From Ascidiella aspersa (Eukaryota), in NCBI GenBank assembly GCA_963924565.1, contig OZ004610.1:12710001-12774000 (forward strand): a DNA stretch of 64,000 nucleotides. Reading direction: 5' to 3'. The notes beneath the pieces are model-generated. The model did no database searches. It had not been told where the DNA came from and was given only the letters and a program-made list of their open reading frames with translations. This document shows positions 62,275-64,000 of this stretch, piece after piece (the stretch's first letter is position 1; every line of letters begins with the position of its first letter). A program made the translations under genes and the position numbers.

Positions 62275-63812
62275 CAGGGTTTCCCAAACTGTGGTCCGCG
62301 AATTATTGGTGGTCCGCGAGGACTGCACGGGTGGTCCGTGGCGATATTACGAGAAATTAAAATGCCACACAGATACGTTGTCCAGTACGTACCCTTTTAA
62401 ATAAATTGACGCAGTTATTCACAACATAACGATTTCGAAAGCTTTTGCTATCCAGTATCGTGAATCTTACTTGTTGCACCTTTGTTGTAGTCAAAAAGTA
62501 AAATACAGGTCCAGACTTTCCGTGGATTCTAACTTATGAGTTTGCCTTTCATAAATAAATCCTAGAATTTATGATTTATGCAGAAAGAAGCAATCGCACA
62601 CGTCTCATTGATGTTTTCAGTTTGTAATTAAGTAAAATTCGTTTTTTGTTATTTTTTGCTTTGTATTGCGGTCTGCGAAAAAACTGTTTCACAAATAGTG
62701 GTCCGCGGCAGGGGCGGATCTAGAGTGGGGGCGATATGGCCATGGCCACCCCCAAACTAAAAAAAAATTAACATTTTTTTAACTTTAAAGCAGCTTTTTT
62801 TCGCGCTTCCCTAGGTAGTATGACCTATTTTCGCCAAAATAGGACATATTTTTAAGCTTTGTAGTGTGATGTATGGGCTCATGGCGCCATAGTGAATATT
62901 TCAAAAAAAGTGTAAAATTCGTTTCGCGAACTCGCGCAAAGCGGCGTTTTTCAGATTTTGCAGCGACGGCATATGTGGCCGTACGCTGAGACTATATAAT
63001 AAACGAACTTGAATCCAAGTAAAATTGAAAGCTTTTTGGTGTTAATGCAAATCTGTATCAGAACCAGCCCGCCAATATAATTCATCCGGCCTGTCGCCTC
63101 TTTGACAAATTAGACACGAGTCCATTTGAATTACTTTTTTGACTATTTTAAGTGTGTAAATGCAAAAAATGTTCCCGCTTTGCGCGAATCATCTATCTAC
63201 ATCCAGTGTGTTTACATGCTGATGCTCTTTTTGAACTAGATCAGCGCTTCTTTACCGTTGCGCCGTGGAAGACTGCCATGTGCGTCGCGGACAAACGAAA
63301 AACGTATTCAAAAATAATGGACAAATATTTTTTAACCAATTTTTTTTACAACTCGTAAGAAATTTAGAAGAAATACCGGTATACCAAAAAAATCGCGCTC
63401 GCTTCGCTTCCCAGGTGTGCCCGGAATAGTTAACGAACACTAAAATAGATTAACTATTAAACTTATTGCGTTTCCTCAAAGTAGTTTTATTACACTTTTT
63501 TAATAGTAGCATTCTAAACCGTTAACGTTTTTAAAGAACCGTAAACGCCTTTTTTTTTCAAAAATAAACGTTTTTTAAATTTTTTTAAAGTAAAGGCTTT
63601 GTTTAGCGCTTTGCGCCAAGACTTTACTGATTCCTTCAAAGTAATTATAAAAACATTTTTAAAGTGCAAAAAATATCCGCCAACCTGATTCACAATTGTT
63701 TCAAAGTTGTCATAACACAAAATCTCAGTTAACATATGTTGTGCGGCCCGCAGAGACCTTTCTGAGTTAGTTTGGTTTTGGCCTGCCACTACAAAAAGGT
63801 TGCTGACTCCTG
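62275..63812. mobile_element. Nested transposon fragments (hAT-like CAGGGTTTCCCAAAC end interrupted by an AGGGGCGGATC-ended element)
   Basis: GTGGTCCGCG repeats at 62291-62340 and 62698-62707 are followed directly by AGGGGCGGATCTAG..GGCCATGGCCACCCC; a hAT-like right end GGTTGCTGACTCCTG lies at about 63798-63812. Confidence 0.5.
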
Positions 63813-64000
63813 TGTAAGGATTTTAATAACCTATCCAATGTTAGGATTAAATGTTAGGATTTTTCTGCATAGAGTTTTGCTCATTTCAGCAACCTTATTT
63901 GACAAAAAACAATTACAGTAACTTAAAAATTGAGAGAAGTGCCATGAAAGAAGCACAGCCGACTGCAGCAGACAACGCTATGGTTTTGTTATGACGTGGC

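Overview
AT-rich, intron-dense eukaryotic DNA from an invertebrate animal. An ascidian/tunicate is plausible, but that is inferred from composition and gene architecture only. Six spliced protein-coding genes can be reconstructed by hand: a 5'-truncated testis-specific Ser/Thr kinase (TSSK family, +), a dual oxidase (DUOX, -), HIRA (+), NUP50 (-), a FAM166/CIMIP2-type ciliary microtubule inner protein (-) and a trypsin-like S1 serine protease (-). Introns and spacers carry many non-autonomous DNA transposons (mostly hAT MITEs with 8-bp TSDs), a TA-flanked foldback element containing a tRNA-like Pol III unit, a long palindrome with hammerhead-ribozyme-like cores, and a 22-bp minisatellite. Two signals stand out. 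(1) An unannotated ~2.2 kb GC-rich locus at 56040-58290 with no recognisable coding content; it folds into many helices whose G.U pairs point to the + strand, so it is a candidate novel structured ncRNA. (2) A strongly atypical DUOX with degenerate EF-hands, ferric-reductase-type His spacing in TM5, CRN->CWN, a changed C-terminus and a retained proximal His in the peroxidase domain. All exon boundaries and folds were derived by eye.
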